Below are positions 1 to 13,344 of a stretch of DNA of 64,000 nucleotides, one piece after another. Under the pieces are notes generated by a model that ran no database searches, was not told the origin of the DNA, and worked only from the letters and a program-made list of their open reading frames with translations. The position numbers were made by a program, and so were the translations under genes. Source of the DNA: Chiloscyllium plagiosum (taxonomy: Eukaryota); the NCBI RefSeq assembly GCF_004010195.1, contig NC_057753.1:12576415-12640414 (forward strand), read 5' to 3'. Within the stretch, counting starts at the first letter, position 1, and every line of letters begins with the position of its first letter.

Positions 1-1077
1 TGAACATTGCGAGTAGAAGACAGGTGCTGAATATCGGCATGGCTGCTGCCGACTGACACTGTCGGTTTCTTTAAAAGCCCAAACTCGGACAGGAAGACAC
101 AGCATGAGAGGCTCCGATTGGCTGAATGCCAGTTTCTAATGTAATGGTTCCATTACAACAGTTTAATCTCAGAGACAGAAACCAAAAAAAAAGTTGAGAT
201 TCAAATTAGATCCTGGTCACCTGCAGCTGTTTCCAATTGTGCAATCTCTCTGATTGTGGAGAGTTGTGACAAGGAATTTGCTAATCATCTCTGAAAGTGA
301 AAACAGCAGCACAAATATAACAAATGGCCAATAATTCTTAAAATGGAGATTGGAAATAGAAAGAGGAACGGATTTATTTTTAGGAATGTCCCTATTTCAC
401 AAAACTATGCTGGATAAAGTAACTACTGTGAGGCAGAGTTTCAACTCAATGATGAAACTCCGGTCTTAGCTCCACAAGCACAATTCAGATAACTGCTTGG
501 AGAAAACACAGAATGGTAGAAACTAGAAGAATACAGTTATCATCAGATGGGCTGGAATTCCTCTTCACACGTTTCACAAGAAACGTCTTGTGGAGGAGGG
601 ATGGGAAACTGTCACAAAGCTAGACACTTTTTTTCTGAAAGTTGTTCCTTGGCTCAAGGACGCTCTGTCCTTAATTTTTTTTCCAGATAAACCAGGCCGG
701 GCTCCAATCAGTCTGGTTTGGTACAGAAAAAGATTTTGAGAGGCCTTTTATTTATATGTAAGTAGATGAGACTTCAGTCTAAAGTTCGTGTTTTAGAAGT
801 GGCCTGTAGGATGAAAGAGGAGTGGTTAGCTCTCTTGCTGAGCTGTTTAGTTCAGTCCTGAACTGCTGAGGATTTCAACAGAGAGCTGTGTGGAAACTCT
901 CTCTCTCTTTATGCTCTTGAAATTCAACCTGCCACTTGTCCAAAAGCATCGGTCTCCTTTACGTTTAGAGTACGCCCAGGTACTTTCCAGCATATCATTG
1001 TAAATACTGGGGTGTAAAATACACAGTAAACCGTCGAAAGCTCCCTCGACGGTATGATAGCTTGATGAAAATGTATG

Positions 1078-1217
1078 AGGTAAAAACAATGACTGCAGAT
1101 GCTGGAAACCAGATTCTGGATCAATGGTGCTGGAAGAGCACAGCAATTCAGGCAGCATCGAGGATCTTCAGCAAAATCGACGTTTCGGGCAAAAGCCCTT
1201 CATCAGGAATAAAAAAA
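1078..1217 (-). mobile_element. Short Penelope-derived pLTR end fragment with target-site duplication
   Basis: Same terminal sequence as the element at 26708 (ACTGCAGATGCTGGA...GGCAGCATC...TCGACGTTTCGGGC). Flanked by AAAATGTATG at 1068-1077 and 1218-1227. Confidence 0.7.
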
Positions 1218-1289
1218 AAAATGTATGTGTGGTTTCACTTGCATGGATAATTGGGGAAGACAGTTTTGAAAAGGTGGCATAGGCTCAGC

Positions 1290-4010
1290 GGAGGTAACTA
1301 AAGATACCAGAAACTGTAAAAGTGTTGACAGATTGTGAAAACTGTCAGGAATCTAACTTCAGGAATCGCTGTCAATGGCACAACTCTGAGAGGGTGCGGT
1401 CAATGCAGGACTGAGAGCGTACAATATACTAAATAAAGGAAGTGAGCTTGCAGAGTAGATTGAAATTGCCGGGTACGATGTTATGGATATCAGATACACG
1501 TGACTGCAACGGTATTAGAGCTGTTCACGAACCATCCAAAGATACTTAAAGGACAGGCACTTGGGCAGAATGGTGGTGTTGTTTTGTTAGGAAGAAATGA
1601 ATTTTAATCATGAATATGAAGTAATTTAGGGTTGGGATGCGTCGAATGTGTGTGGGAATGTGTTGAGAAGCAACAAAGGAAAAGAGACCCTGGTGGAATT
1701 AATGGAAAGGCCTCACCGGGCGCAAAAAACAATCAGGAAATGGATAAGGCATGTAAGAATTACAACAATCATGGGGGATTTAAGTATGTAGGCGGATTGG
1801 GTAAGTAACGTTGGTCACGGATTCCCCAAAAATGATTCTGTGAAATATCTACAAGTTGTTGTTTTTAACGCATCTTGTGGTAGAACCCATGAGCAAAGGA
1901 TAATTCTGAATTTGGCGAGAAGCAATGAGGCAGACCTGAATTGCTAGCATAAGTTGAAGGAAATCGTAGGTGATAGTGACCATACTATTAGAGAATTTAA
2001 CTTTCAGTTTAAGGGAGAGTTGCTTGAATTAGAAGTATCTGATGAAAAAGAACCCCACAAACACATAAACAACATCGTCATCGGTATAAAGTTCACCAAA
2101 GAGGAAGAGAATATTAAGAGACTCCCATTCCTAGACGTAACAGTCGAACGAAAAGGCAATGGAGAGCTGCAGACTGGCATTTACTGGAAAGCGACATAAT
2201 TGATCATACACTCAACAACAGGAAGAGCCAACCCAGCATCCACAAACAGAACTGCATCAGGACATTATTTAAAAGAGCGCCAACACACTGCAGCAACCTG
2301 GACCTCTGAGAAGTAGAGGAAAATATCTATACAATCTATTCAGGTACAACAATTATCCGATAAGTGCAGCCCACCACTTCTGACACAACAGAAGTAAACA
2401 ATAAGACACAACACACTTAGAGACGATGGGCACCCTTCTAGACATTAAATGCGTCTCAGAAATGGAAACCAGACTCATGATAGTCAACAGACCTACTACC
2501 ACACTGACACAGCTCAGAATGATTTTAAATTACCCCTTTCCAACAAGTAGCAGAACAAACCTCATTTCTAAATATCCTGCAAGGCCTGCAGAAAACATTA
2601 CATTGGACAGACGAGCAGGAAGCTAGCCACCAGGTTACATTAGCACCAAATTGCCACCAAATGACAAGACCAAACATCACTAGTATTCATATACGCAGAC
2701 GAAGAGTGACATCAGTTCGACTGGGGCAATACATCCTTCCTGGGACAGAGTTGACAAAGACATGCACGGGAATTCCTTGAGGCCTGCTTTTCAAATTGGA
2801 AATCCATTAACAAGCATATCAATTTGCGCCCTATTTACCATCCTCTCAGAAAAAGAACCGGAAGTCATACCACCACCACAACAGACCAAGTGAAATGGCA
2901 AGCGGAACAGAACACCAGCACTTCATCGGAGGGTCACTGATGGTGTTAGTTACCTACTGTGGTGACGAAACGTGTGAGAACGAATCTCCAGCTCAGTGAG
3001 CAAAATTTCAACCCAAATGAAAAGAAAACGAATGGGGATTGATGGAAGGTACTGGCATGGATTGAATGAGAGACCTGTAGAAAACAAAGATTGGAGATAA
3101 ACTGGTCGCTATCGGGATGGTGGTCAATGACCAGTGGAGTTCTGCACGGGTCAAAGTTTGGACCACAACCAATCACATTATATATTGACAATCTTGACGA
3201 TGGAACTGAGGTCATTGTTGCAAAGTTTGCAAGGGACACAGTTAGGTCGTGTAATAAGTAATGTTGGCGAGCTGGGAAGGCTGCAATAGGATTTGAGGGA
3301 GCTAGGAACGTGAATAAAGAACTGGCAGACGGAGTATAATATGGGAAATGTGGGGTCATGCACTTTGACATGAAGAATAAAGGCATGCACTGCATTCTAA
3401 AAGCTTTCGCAGTTTGAATCACAAACATGCTTTGTTGTGCTAGTTTAGGATTCTCGTCAAGGTAACATGAAATTTCAGTTGTCAGTGAGGAAGATGAATT
3501 CAATGTTAGCATTCATTTCAAGAGGCCTGGTAAACAACAACCGAGATGTATTACAGGCGCTGTATAAGGCTCAGGTAAGGCCGCATTTGGAATATTGTGA
3601 GCAGTTTTGAGTTCTGTATCTCAAGAAGTATGTGAAAGCCTTGAAAGGAGTCCCAATAAGGGGTGCAAGAATCATCTGGTGGACGAAGGCCTTGTCACAT
3701 TAACGAACGTTTGTGGATTCTGGGTAGGTACTCGCTGGAGATTAGAAGAACGAGGTGGGATCTATTTTAAACTTACACAGTATTGGAATGCCAGGATAGA
3801 GTGAATTGAAAAGGATTTCCTCACAATGGGAGGGTGTGGGACATGTGGGCATAATCTTCGAGTGAAGGGTAGACGATTTCAAAATAAGGTGAGGAGGAAT
3901 GTATTCAGCCAGAATAAGTGATAAATATATGCAACTCATTGTGGAAGAACGCTGTGCAGGCCAAGTCACAAGTGCCTTTCCGGCAGAGATAGATATGATG
4001 AGCTGAATCA
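1290..4010 (+). mobile_element. Decayed CR1 LINE (endonuclease part about 1400-2037, RT/3' part about 3020-4010), split by a Penelope insertion
   Basis: Endonuclease-like remnants (GDSDH), then [32 protein letters not shown] and the CR1 ORF2 C-terminal region. Confidence 0.75.
2038..3015 (+). mobile_element. Penelope-like element 3' half (RT C-terminus, GIY-YIG remnant, pLTR end)
   Basis: HKHINNIVIGIKFTKEEE..RLPFLDVTVER...YWKAT (ORF 1954-2199), a degenerate C..C.HYIGQT.RKLATR endonuclease segment near 2570-2650, and a CTGATG...GACGAAACG end. Confidence 0.8.
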
Positions 4011-4303
4011 TGTTGTCCTGCTTTTTTCTATCAAGCTATTAAGCGATTGTCTCAAAGGCGAGATTGAGACTGAAGTGAAGGAATTATTGCACAGATTTTC
4101 AATCACAAACTAGCTGCACTTTTCCCCCATCGATTACAACCGTATTTTTGCCACGTCAGTGAAAAGAAAAGGTGGCATCATATTGTTCAGCACTCGTTTT
4201 CCTTGACTCCCAAGGATTATTCACCTTGCATCACCAGAGTAAATAATGCAAAAATAACAAAGTGCAATTCGGTAATTATTTGGAATAACCACCCACGCCG
4301 TTC

Positions 4304-5214
4304 CTAATTCATTAACTTAACAATTAGTCTCCAAAGATAATTTGCTGCATTCTTCAATTCCACTCTGAATTTTCTCTGTGTCACGGCATAAATACAAGTG
4401 TTGGTGCAACAGCTCAGGAGCTGAAGCATATTTCCACTTTCTTGTCGAATGAATCTTGAATCATTGAAATCGGACCCTGAGAAATAAGGTTCGTTTGTAA
4501 TTTTCACATAGAGGAAATCTACCACATACGTCATCCATAACAGGATGAAGCTTCCTGAGATGGTGAAGAGTAAAACAATGGACTTTCTCCGGCTCTCCAT
4601 CTCCGGATCATTATGATTTTCTCCACTGCTCGTGCTGGCTCGCAGCCGCCTCCGGGCTCCACTGGCTGCAAGGATGTGTCTGACAGTCAGAGCATTGAGC
4701 AGTAAAATCAGGAGGAAAGGCAGACCCGGATTTAAAACACGTGCAAACCAATCATAGGCAGTCCACCCTAATGAAGTATAGAAGCTTGATTTTACGTTAC
4801 AAAACCATGGCACCTTGTTGATTGTATACAGTGGTTCATACATAAAGTACCAGGGGATACTTTTTAAACAGCTCAACAAACCGACTAGTCCTATGACCAC
4901 AATCGCTGTTTTCTCTGTGCAATATTGTGTTTTTAGATTCTGACAACAAATGGCTATGAATCTATCGAAGGTGAAAGCAACAGTTAACCAGACAGAACTT
5001 TCTGTGGCTGCGTAGATGATCACCGTACTGAGTGTACAGGCCGGCGTCATGGACATAAAACTAACTGGGTAATAAATGCCAGTGATCCGATTGAATATCA
5101 CAGCACTGATAACCACCAAGAGATCTGCCACGGCCATGGAAACCAGATACCGAGTGATGCTTCCAGAAAGATCACATCTTCCACGGGAGAGGATCACGAT
5201 AGCCATCACATTTA
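4304..5214 (-). CDS. GPR139-like class A GPCR gene A, coding exon 2 (TM1 end to TM7; spliced protein 326 aa, intact)
   Basis: Polypyrimidine tract ending TTTCAG (AG at 5216-5215). Open frame with NVMAIVILS, YLVSMAVADLL (TM2), SVWLTVAFTFDRF (TM3), WFC (ECL2), P..LILLLN (TM5), LFTISGSFILLW (TM6), NMLQLLSCCTNTCIY (TM7). Motif pattern and TM1 intron position match GPR139/GPR142. Confidence 0.93.
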
Positions 5215-6394
5215 CTGAAAGGGGGAAAGTAATTGTAAGCGACGAACCAGATACATAATTGTGCAAGGTTTGATATTTTAGCATACTTTCTGAATGGAAA
5301 CAAAAGCATTTCTGTTTGCATCTCCAGTGACACCTCCATCTCACTAATAAAAGCACCAACTTACATTTACATAGCACCTTTAATATAATTGTCATAACAT
5401 GCTTCAGATAAAAGTTCTAGGGTAAATTTCGATGCTGATATACAGAAGGTAATTTACATATTCAGGGAAAACTAAATTTAACCTTGGGTTACCATATATT
5501 CTTCAAATAAACTATAATCAGACTTGAAAACGTAAAGATAATACTGGTGTCAAATCAGATTCAAACATCATGAACATTGATATAGCTGTACAAGTACTTT
5601 CACATTCATGCTGCCTTTCAATCAAAAGTACATTCTGCTTATCCAAATGTAGGGCAGGGTCGTCCTTGAAGAGCAAACTAATTATGGCTCAGAATTTTTG
5701 CCCATCAGGAAATGTTGCCGAGTCAAGCGTTTTACACTTCAGAGGGGCATAAAGACTCCAGTACGAGGGTGTGGACTGAATCATAATGAAAGTTAAAATC
5801 ATCACAATTCCAGAGGATCTTCGGGCTATGTACTCACTGGAGAGGTGACTGGTGGTGGTTTAACGGAAGGCTGTCCGCATGTCAGGCGACTGAAGTGGTT
5901 TGTTCCCAGAAATAGCATTAACAAAGCAGTTGGAGTTTTTGAGACAATCCACTATCCAAGATTGAGATTGGCACTCATGTCAAATTTGTTTTGGAGATTT
6001 ACTTATTCGGAAAAAAAAGTGAAATTTTAACTCATATTAAAGCCCTTCAGAATACTAATCAAGGCATGTAACTGCATGCTTCCATGCAGGTAATACGAAT
6101 CAATTGAATACAAATGCTAAATGTCCTATGCTAAGCCTTGAAAATCCAACCATGAACTCTCGATCTTGAATAACTGGCCAAATATTAATCGTTCCTTTCA
6201 TTCAGTCAAGGAATATTATCATCTTGAGGTTTAACAGGTTTTAATTAGGACGACTCGGTGTTGAACGTTTCCTGAGCATATTTAATTACCACAGCTAGCT
6301 GTCGATCGTTATGATATGTTTTCAGTTGCCAATGGCCGCACTAACTTACTGAATCAGTTCTTTACACAATTATTTATTCAGTACAATGACTCAC

Positions 6395-6464
6395 CGGGGA
6401 CTCCAATGGCAGCAAGAATTGGATAGTAAATTGCATACACTGGACCATCTATTCGACCATGCAT
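6395..6464 (-). CDS. GPR139-like class A GPCR gene A, coding exon 1 (70 nt, MHGRIDGPVYAIYYPILAAIGVP + 1 nt)
   Basis: ATG at 6464, 23 codons plus G, then GTGAGT donor starting at 6394. Joins in frame (G+TA = Val) to the exon starting at 5214. Confidence 0.93.
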
Positions 6465-6543
6465 TTTTTTAATATTTGAAAAGTTGCTCTCTGCTCTCTG
6501 TCGATCACAGGCATTGTCTCTGACAGGCTCAGAGATGCACCAA

Positions 6544-6549
6544 TTTATA
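6544..6549 (-). promoter_or_regulatory. Putative TATA box of gene A
   Basis: TATAAA on the minus strand about 80 nt upstream of the ATG; TATA-like motifs occupy similar positions in genes B and E. Confidence 0.5.
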
Positions 6550-7339
6550 ATGGTTGCAAGTCCACAGAGAGCCAATTATGCTCTCTAGACCTTTAGAGTT
6601 CTTTGTACAAAAGACACTGCTTGCCACTTCCTATTTGGAAGACATGTAAACGTTGGGAAAAGTAGTCAAATCCTGATTTCCGATGCTGATGTCCAGTGTA
6701 TAATCAAAATAAAAATGGTTTTCGTCCTGTGGGATTTTGCTTCAGTGATACAAAAAAGGAATATCGTTGGTCAAGAAACCAGGCTAAGAACACTGTGATT
6801 ACATTAAAACAAGTGAGAATGGTGATGGAAATGATGATCACATGCTATTTAAAGTACTTAAACAACGGAAGTTGTACTGATGCAACAGAGAACGTTTCCA
6901 CACAATGGAACTTATATACACACAAATGAAAGACAGAAGGTCTAAACTCACAATGATAATTATGGAAAATAAATTGTAAATGGGGAAATTTCCAAACTAA
7001 ATCGGGATAGAACCTCGGTCATTATAATGAAACATAAGTGTTTGTGAGATATTAGAGGAGATGTAGGAGCGATATTTCAAAATTTCTGACACCGCGACAG
7101 TGAAAAACCTCGAAAACGTTTCAAGTTAGGTCGATTCGTGTTCATATTTATAGCTGTTTGGGTTGTTCTAAGCAGTGGAGTTCGCAGGATCGAAGGTGGT
7201 GTTCGAGGGACCTCCGTGAGTTATTGCAATGCACATTGTGCGTGGAACACGCTGATCCTAAATTGCATTGATGATGATTTGAACTTTTATATAATATAGT
7301 GAATGGGAACCAATCATGTGGATTTCTCATTTTGGATCC

Positions 7340-8700
7340 TGCCAAGCTTCTTGAGTCGTGTTGGACCTAGACTCATCAGCCAAGCGGAGTGTTTTCAATC
7401 ACAAGACCTTTTTCTTGTAGGTGGTGGATGGTGGACAGAAAGTGTGAGTTGAAAAAAAAAGAATTAATCGCCACATAATTTCAGGCCTCTGGCCTGCGTT
7501 TACAGCAATAATATTTTCTTTGCTACTCTTGTTAAAATTTCTAATTAGTGCTAACCCAGAATGTCGATAGTCATGCATTCAGCTATAGTAATGTCATTGA
7601 ATGTCAAGGGACGATTGTTAACTTCACTTGTTACTGATAGTCACTTCCAGGCACTTACGTGCTGCACAAGTTATTTTACTTAACATTGCAAAGCTGAATG
7701 TCGACCTGATCTTGTTGCAAACAAGATTGACTGATTCAGTAAACGTCGAGTTAGCAATGATATTGAACATTGGATAAATATCAAAAAACATTACGCATCT
7801 AAGAATGTAATGGAGAGAGCATCCTTGAAGAAGCAGCAGAACAAGTTTTGATATTGAAGACTACACTAAGGAACTCGTGTGGTGATAGTGCTGTGGTTGA
7901 GATGAATGAGCTTCGAAATCCACCGTCCTCTCTGTTCCTACCAGTTATCACTGAAACCACGAGATATTAAATCAGTTTCATCGATTTTAGATTTTTTAAA
8001 ATGCCGTCTGGTTATGAAGAGTAGTCACTCTCAGTTCACCTCTGGAGTTTACTATTTATTCCTGTTTGGACGACCGCTGTAATTTGGCCACCAGCTGAAT
8101 GGATGTGACATAACCAAATCTTCATATCAGTTTGCACGTTATTCTATTCCATGTGCTGGTTGGTGGGTACTGTTGACGATGGCTTCCACCATTTTCAGAG
8201 AACACGAAGGTGTCGTTGGTTAGATTGCATTTTTCTTGAGTTTTAAGAACAGAACAATGCTAACAAACTTTGCACATTCGTCTTTAGCATTCTTCTCTCT
8301 TGGATAGCAGGTAACATTCATGCCACACATGTGTGAGACAGTACAAATCTGCAACATCTGATAATCTAATCATCATCCTTTATATTTTGTGATCAGCAGC
8401 ATCCTTTAACTCCCCACTGTCAAAATGCTAGTGGTAACAATTGACTGAATCTGAAATGTACTCGCAATATTAACATTGCAGATAAAACGAACCTTAACAA
8501 GAAATGAAGGATAATCTGTAACAGACACATCATCGAATAACTGAACTGCTAACTGCACAAATCCCTAAACCCTGCCCATGAGCTACAATACACAATTCAA
8601 GATGGTGATGCAAAACCTCAGACTTGCCTGATGAATGCAGATCCCCATATCTGGGATAGACCATCTAGTGTGATGGGCATAATTTTTTTTAGAAGCAATC
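7340..8700. mobile_element. Old L2/CR1-clade LINE fragments in both orientations
   Basis: Degenerate RT C-terminal remnants (for example QVTFMPHMC near 8308) and a minus-strand copy of related sequence at about 7340-8230. Confidence 0.4.
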
Positions 8701-11700
8701 ACGCCTTACAATACAAATGCATTACAGAATTGGCTTCTAGGTGTAAGAAGTATATTACGTAGTAAAGTATCATTGTGTTTTTTTTTAGTGGAGTCTGGTA
8801 AGCTGGTCAGCTGCCACAGGTGAGAAGTGACACGAAACTCTACCATTGTGCAGATTTTAAAGTTAATTTTCATTACCTCTTTCTGTTATCATCAGTACAA
8901 CCGAAAGCGTATTGAACCGAAAATTGAACCATTTTATAAGGAAGATCTTCGATTGCAGTTTTCTGTTTGGTCAGAAGCGTAGCAGGCCTGTGTTTAAAAG
9001 CAGATATGGTCAACATCAAACCCCAAATGCAGGCTGCCGTCAGTGAAGTGGGTGTATTTTACTTTTTTTCATTTCATTGCAAACATCGTTGTTTTTGTGA
9101 AGTAATTCAATGATTGATCTGATATCATGGAATCTCTTTCTCTCTCTCTCAAAGAAAAAAAATCTATGTGCAGGCAATGTATAGAATGCTAATATTTGAG
9201 AGAAAGGACTTCAGTAGCTTATGGGCGTTTCCTGTCAGGGACTATTTTGAAAAAAATGAGAGGGGATTTAATTGAAACAAATTAATTTGTCAAGTGCTCC
9301 TTTCAGGGTAGAGGCTGTGGACGCTTGATAGTTTAACAATTGATTTTTACACAATAATTAAATCAGCTTTTGTGGAAATATATTGTGGTGGTTGAATAAA
9401 GATGGATAATCATCCATGATCCCATTGAATAATAAAAAACGCTCAAAACTTTGACTGACTCGAATTATCGCAGTTCTTATGTTCGTACAAAATTAATTGA
9501 CTCTTCAACTGTCTGTTGCAAAGCTCATCAGCTGCAAATTGCACCGACCTGAAATTCTTGAGCTGGCTGGGCCTTTTGTTTACATAGTAACATGGAACCA
9601 GAAGGCGAATTCAATCAAATCATTTAAATTATGAGCGGGTCCAATAAGATAGATATGGAGCCATTTTCTTTTGGGATTAGGTCTCGAATAAATAGGAACC
9701 AATCGCATGACAGACCTTACGATGGAGAGCGTTTGTGCACAGTATTACAATACGGTGCTGAACTCTTCTGTTTATTCCAGCAATTTCTAGAAAAGCTCAC
9801 TTCACCTCGTAATCTGTTAAAATGTGAGTGACCGTGAACTTCCAATTTCCACTATTTAAAGAAAATAAAATGAACACTAAACAACAAATCTTCACATCTC
9901 TAAGACTCGCTTCCACTTAACTGCTTATTAACTGCCTCCAAGTCTGTGACAATATGCTGTTCCAATAAGATACTTATGAAAATATCAACAAGGTAATTTC
10001 AAAACCACACAGCAGCTATCGTTTTCGGTTTCTGTCTTTTTCCAGCTGAAATATCCCTTCGTCGTCTTCTTTCTTTTTACTGTGAGTAAGTTTCAAATGA
10101 AAAGCTTCTTTTGATAGAGAGTGCTTCGACATTCTTGGATCTGTGTTGATGGCACTTGCTCAATATGATGTTCAAATGTCTGCCTTTTTTACATTCTCTA
10201 CAACGGACCATCTTTTTGATTCAATGTTGGCAAAACAATAAATTCAAACTCAATTGCGTTTCAGTATCCTGCATCATAATTTACACTGATAGATTAAGTT
10301 TGAATTTCTATCAAAACAGCAACCAACACAGGTATCTATTTTGTAGCCAAATGTTACATATTTTCAGTTCTCCAGGACACTCTGAGACAGCTAGCTAGTC
10401 ATATACACAGGTGCTTGTGAGCTCTTAAGATAGCACACCATTCACTGTCTTATAGGTACAATGCACACCTTCAACTTCATAACAAGAGAAATGCATGAAA
10501 ACAATAATCTCGTTGAAATGTGGAGTGAGTGGAGAATAAAAATTGAGTTCGAAGGAAGGAATATGGAGACACACATATTTAAGGGCAATAGCTCACTATT
10601 GGTAGATTGGCTCCAGTGGAGAATAAACGTGTGTATCCTCATTATGAATCGACCAACGTGTCTCAAGATCGTAGAGTGATTTTAAAGTAAAATTCAGACA
10701 AAGGTGCGCTCAGTGAACACGGGAGAGAATTGTCCAATTGGTTGTTGGGAACTGAAATTGCCACACATGCAGAAAAGACACTTTTCTCTGAGCAATAGTA
10801 AAACCGCAGCAGAATATGCACAAATGGAAAACAAACAACAGTTGAGAGACTTAAAGGCACGATCTCTCGCTGGTCACACCACAACCTCTGTGTTGTCGGT
10901 GTAGAATTCACGTTAACCTTCATGTGAAAACTGAAACAAATGTAAAATTGAAAAAAAAATGTCGATCCTCTTGCTGCACGTAAACAATGAAACGGAATGC
11001 AAAACAGGCAGAAGCTCTCATGGCTTGTTCAATTTATAGCGATGCTTTGTTTCTCGCGTGATTTTCATTGTCATGAAATCTGTCCTTTCTATTGCATTTT
11101 CCTATGTGCCCTGAAGCAACACTGTTAGATTACTCTCGGAATTACCCGTTTGGGAAGTTATTCTTTTATTGGCATTCGAATGTTTCATTCGATTTGTCTT
11201 TTCACAAGAAAAATAGAAAAATAAATTTCTAATTGTGAAATGGGCAACATGGAGGAATTTTATTCATGCATTTTCCCATTCCAGTAACACGTAATCTAAT
11301 TGCTTCTGATCCTTTGCTGCTTCTCCACTTATTCACGTACCTGGCCATCTTCATCGTTCGTCAAATTAAAGTTGGTAATTTATTGTTGAATCCACAGACA
11401 CTTATGTAAATTTTAATAGTCCATTTTTCTCACATGAATCATATCACTTTGTCATCTAGTAAATTGGAATATAGATAAAATACGAATACAGATTTAATCC
11501 AGAGATTAACGGGTTTTATTTATAAAATGGGAAGAAGAAAATCCATAAAATGAAAATAACCTGTAGATTCAGTTCACTGGCATGTACAAATCATTATAAT
11601 TGTCTGCCTGTACAAAGCATTATAATCAGGTTTCGTTCTGCTCTGTCTTTGGTCTACATCAATGTGTACATAATCGCACCATATTTAGTTTTTTGTACAG

Positions 11701-13278
11701 CTCTCTCTGTGCTCTGGATTATTGCGTCTGTCATCGTCATCCTGTTCATGTTTTTGCACAGCTCTCGACGTCTCTGTATCACTGTGCGTGCCGAGCACCG
11801 ACTCAGTGTACAGTAATGCAGAGTGGAGTCACCCAGTTGTACTTTAGAGATCTTTTACTGGCCGAATTTAGCTGCAGAACCCATGGAAGCAGACAAATTT
11901 TCAGTGGCAACCCTTCTTTTTCTTCTCCTCTCCTGAAGTCTGTCTCCGAAGCAGGTATTTCAGTGCTTGCTTTGTTGCTTGGCACTAACAGTAAACTGTG
12001 TAATGAGGGAACCCTGAATATTCGTAGCCTAAATTAGTAGCGCTGTCGGCAGTGGAGATTTGTAAAGGGGGACTCTGGGACACCAAAAACTGGATTCTGT
12101 TGGATTAAACACGAAGTTGTTAAGTTACCGTTTATCTAGGAAACGTCCAAGTGGTGATAACAGCTATTAAAGCATATTTCTTCTTTTGTAGCAGGTTCCA
12201 GACGTCTTCTCTCTCATTAACATCAAAATGACAAGCAGGGAGATGTCCAATTTTTTGGGGAAAATAGAACAGCAAGTTGTTCTGATCAGGAGCACATAAC
12301 AGAATGACTCTAGAATAACTCGCAAACAGGAATTCGTAAAAAAAAATGAAGCATTGAATAATTCCAGGAACACGGGAAAATGTCAGGGGAATCGTCGCAA
12401 TTTGAAAGTAAATTTGAAATATCTGCAGGAAGATGATGGAGAGTATAATGAGAGTCTGCTCTTTCCAATTCCTTGATTTTAATTGAATACTCTGTATAAT
12501 ACAAATATTTCAGAGATAGTTTAACAGTTAATTCTCCTTTTCACTGAGCCACGTGCTTTCAGAATAAGTTGATTGAGAGTAAAATCACGGTATGTGTTTG
12601 TGTTTTTATGCATATTTGAAATCTGGAACCCACTGTCCAAATCCGAGCTCAATGCTCCTTCCTAGTTACGCTTTAGTAGTTAGTACGGAGCTGTCCTCTC
12701 GGACTACTTCAATCTATTGAGTGCAAGTACATCGAAAATTCGTTTGAGGAGTGATTTCCAGGATTTGACTTATCGACAATCAAGGAATGAATCATCTTCA
12801 GCAGTCAGGATGGTATTGGAACTTACAGTTATTGGTTCCCCCACTTATCCACTTTCTTGGTTATATCACTGTCCACAGAAATATTCATTTGAGTGCAGCT
12901 TGGTCCAAGCTGAGAGCAGTCAAATGAAAATTGAATTGAATAATAAATAGACCGATCACAGAAGAGAAGATGGCCATTTGACCCGGCAAGCTTGCACTAA
13001 CTGTCTGAAGGAGAATCTCATATGTATGGACGAAACAAGTTCTTTCCCAGCTCCACTATAACTTCTCTGCTTTTGTAAACTATGCTACGATGAATTAACG
13101 CAATTAACATGTATGCTTTACTGACCATTATTTTGACTGATCTTGCTGCCTCAGCAAACTATGCACAAGCATCCCAACATATTCTGCTCAGCTCACTAGA
13201 GCTCGACAGTTTATGAAGAAAGTCTTATCTTGTTACATCTTCCAAAATATAAGTTACATATATACACTCACGGAGACT

Positions 13279-13344
13279 TTCTCTCTCTCTCTCTCTCTCT
13301 CTCTCTTTGTGTGTGTGTGTGTCGCCCTCTCGCTCTCTCTCTCT
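13279..13344. repeat. Compound (CT)n/(GT)n microsatellite
   Basis: Directly visible. Confidence 0.9.

Noticed and set aside
1..1040. Possible LTR-retrotransposon remnant at the window start
   Set aside because: No verifiable termini, primer-binding site or protein motif.
5215..5395. N-terminal 60 aa of the 363-aa ORF 4304-5395
   Set aside because: Intron read-through: there is a strong acceptor at 5215 and a homologous true exon 1 at 6395-6464.
11550..12037. Hydrophobic 88-aa and 145-aa ORFs
   Set aside because: No GPCR or other family motifs; consistent with chance ORFs in T-rich DNA.
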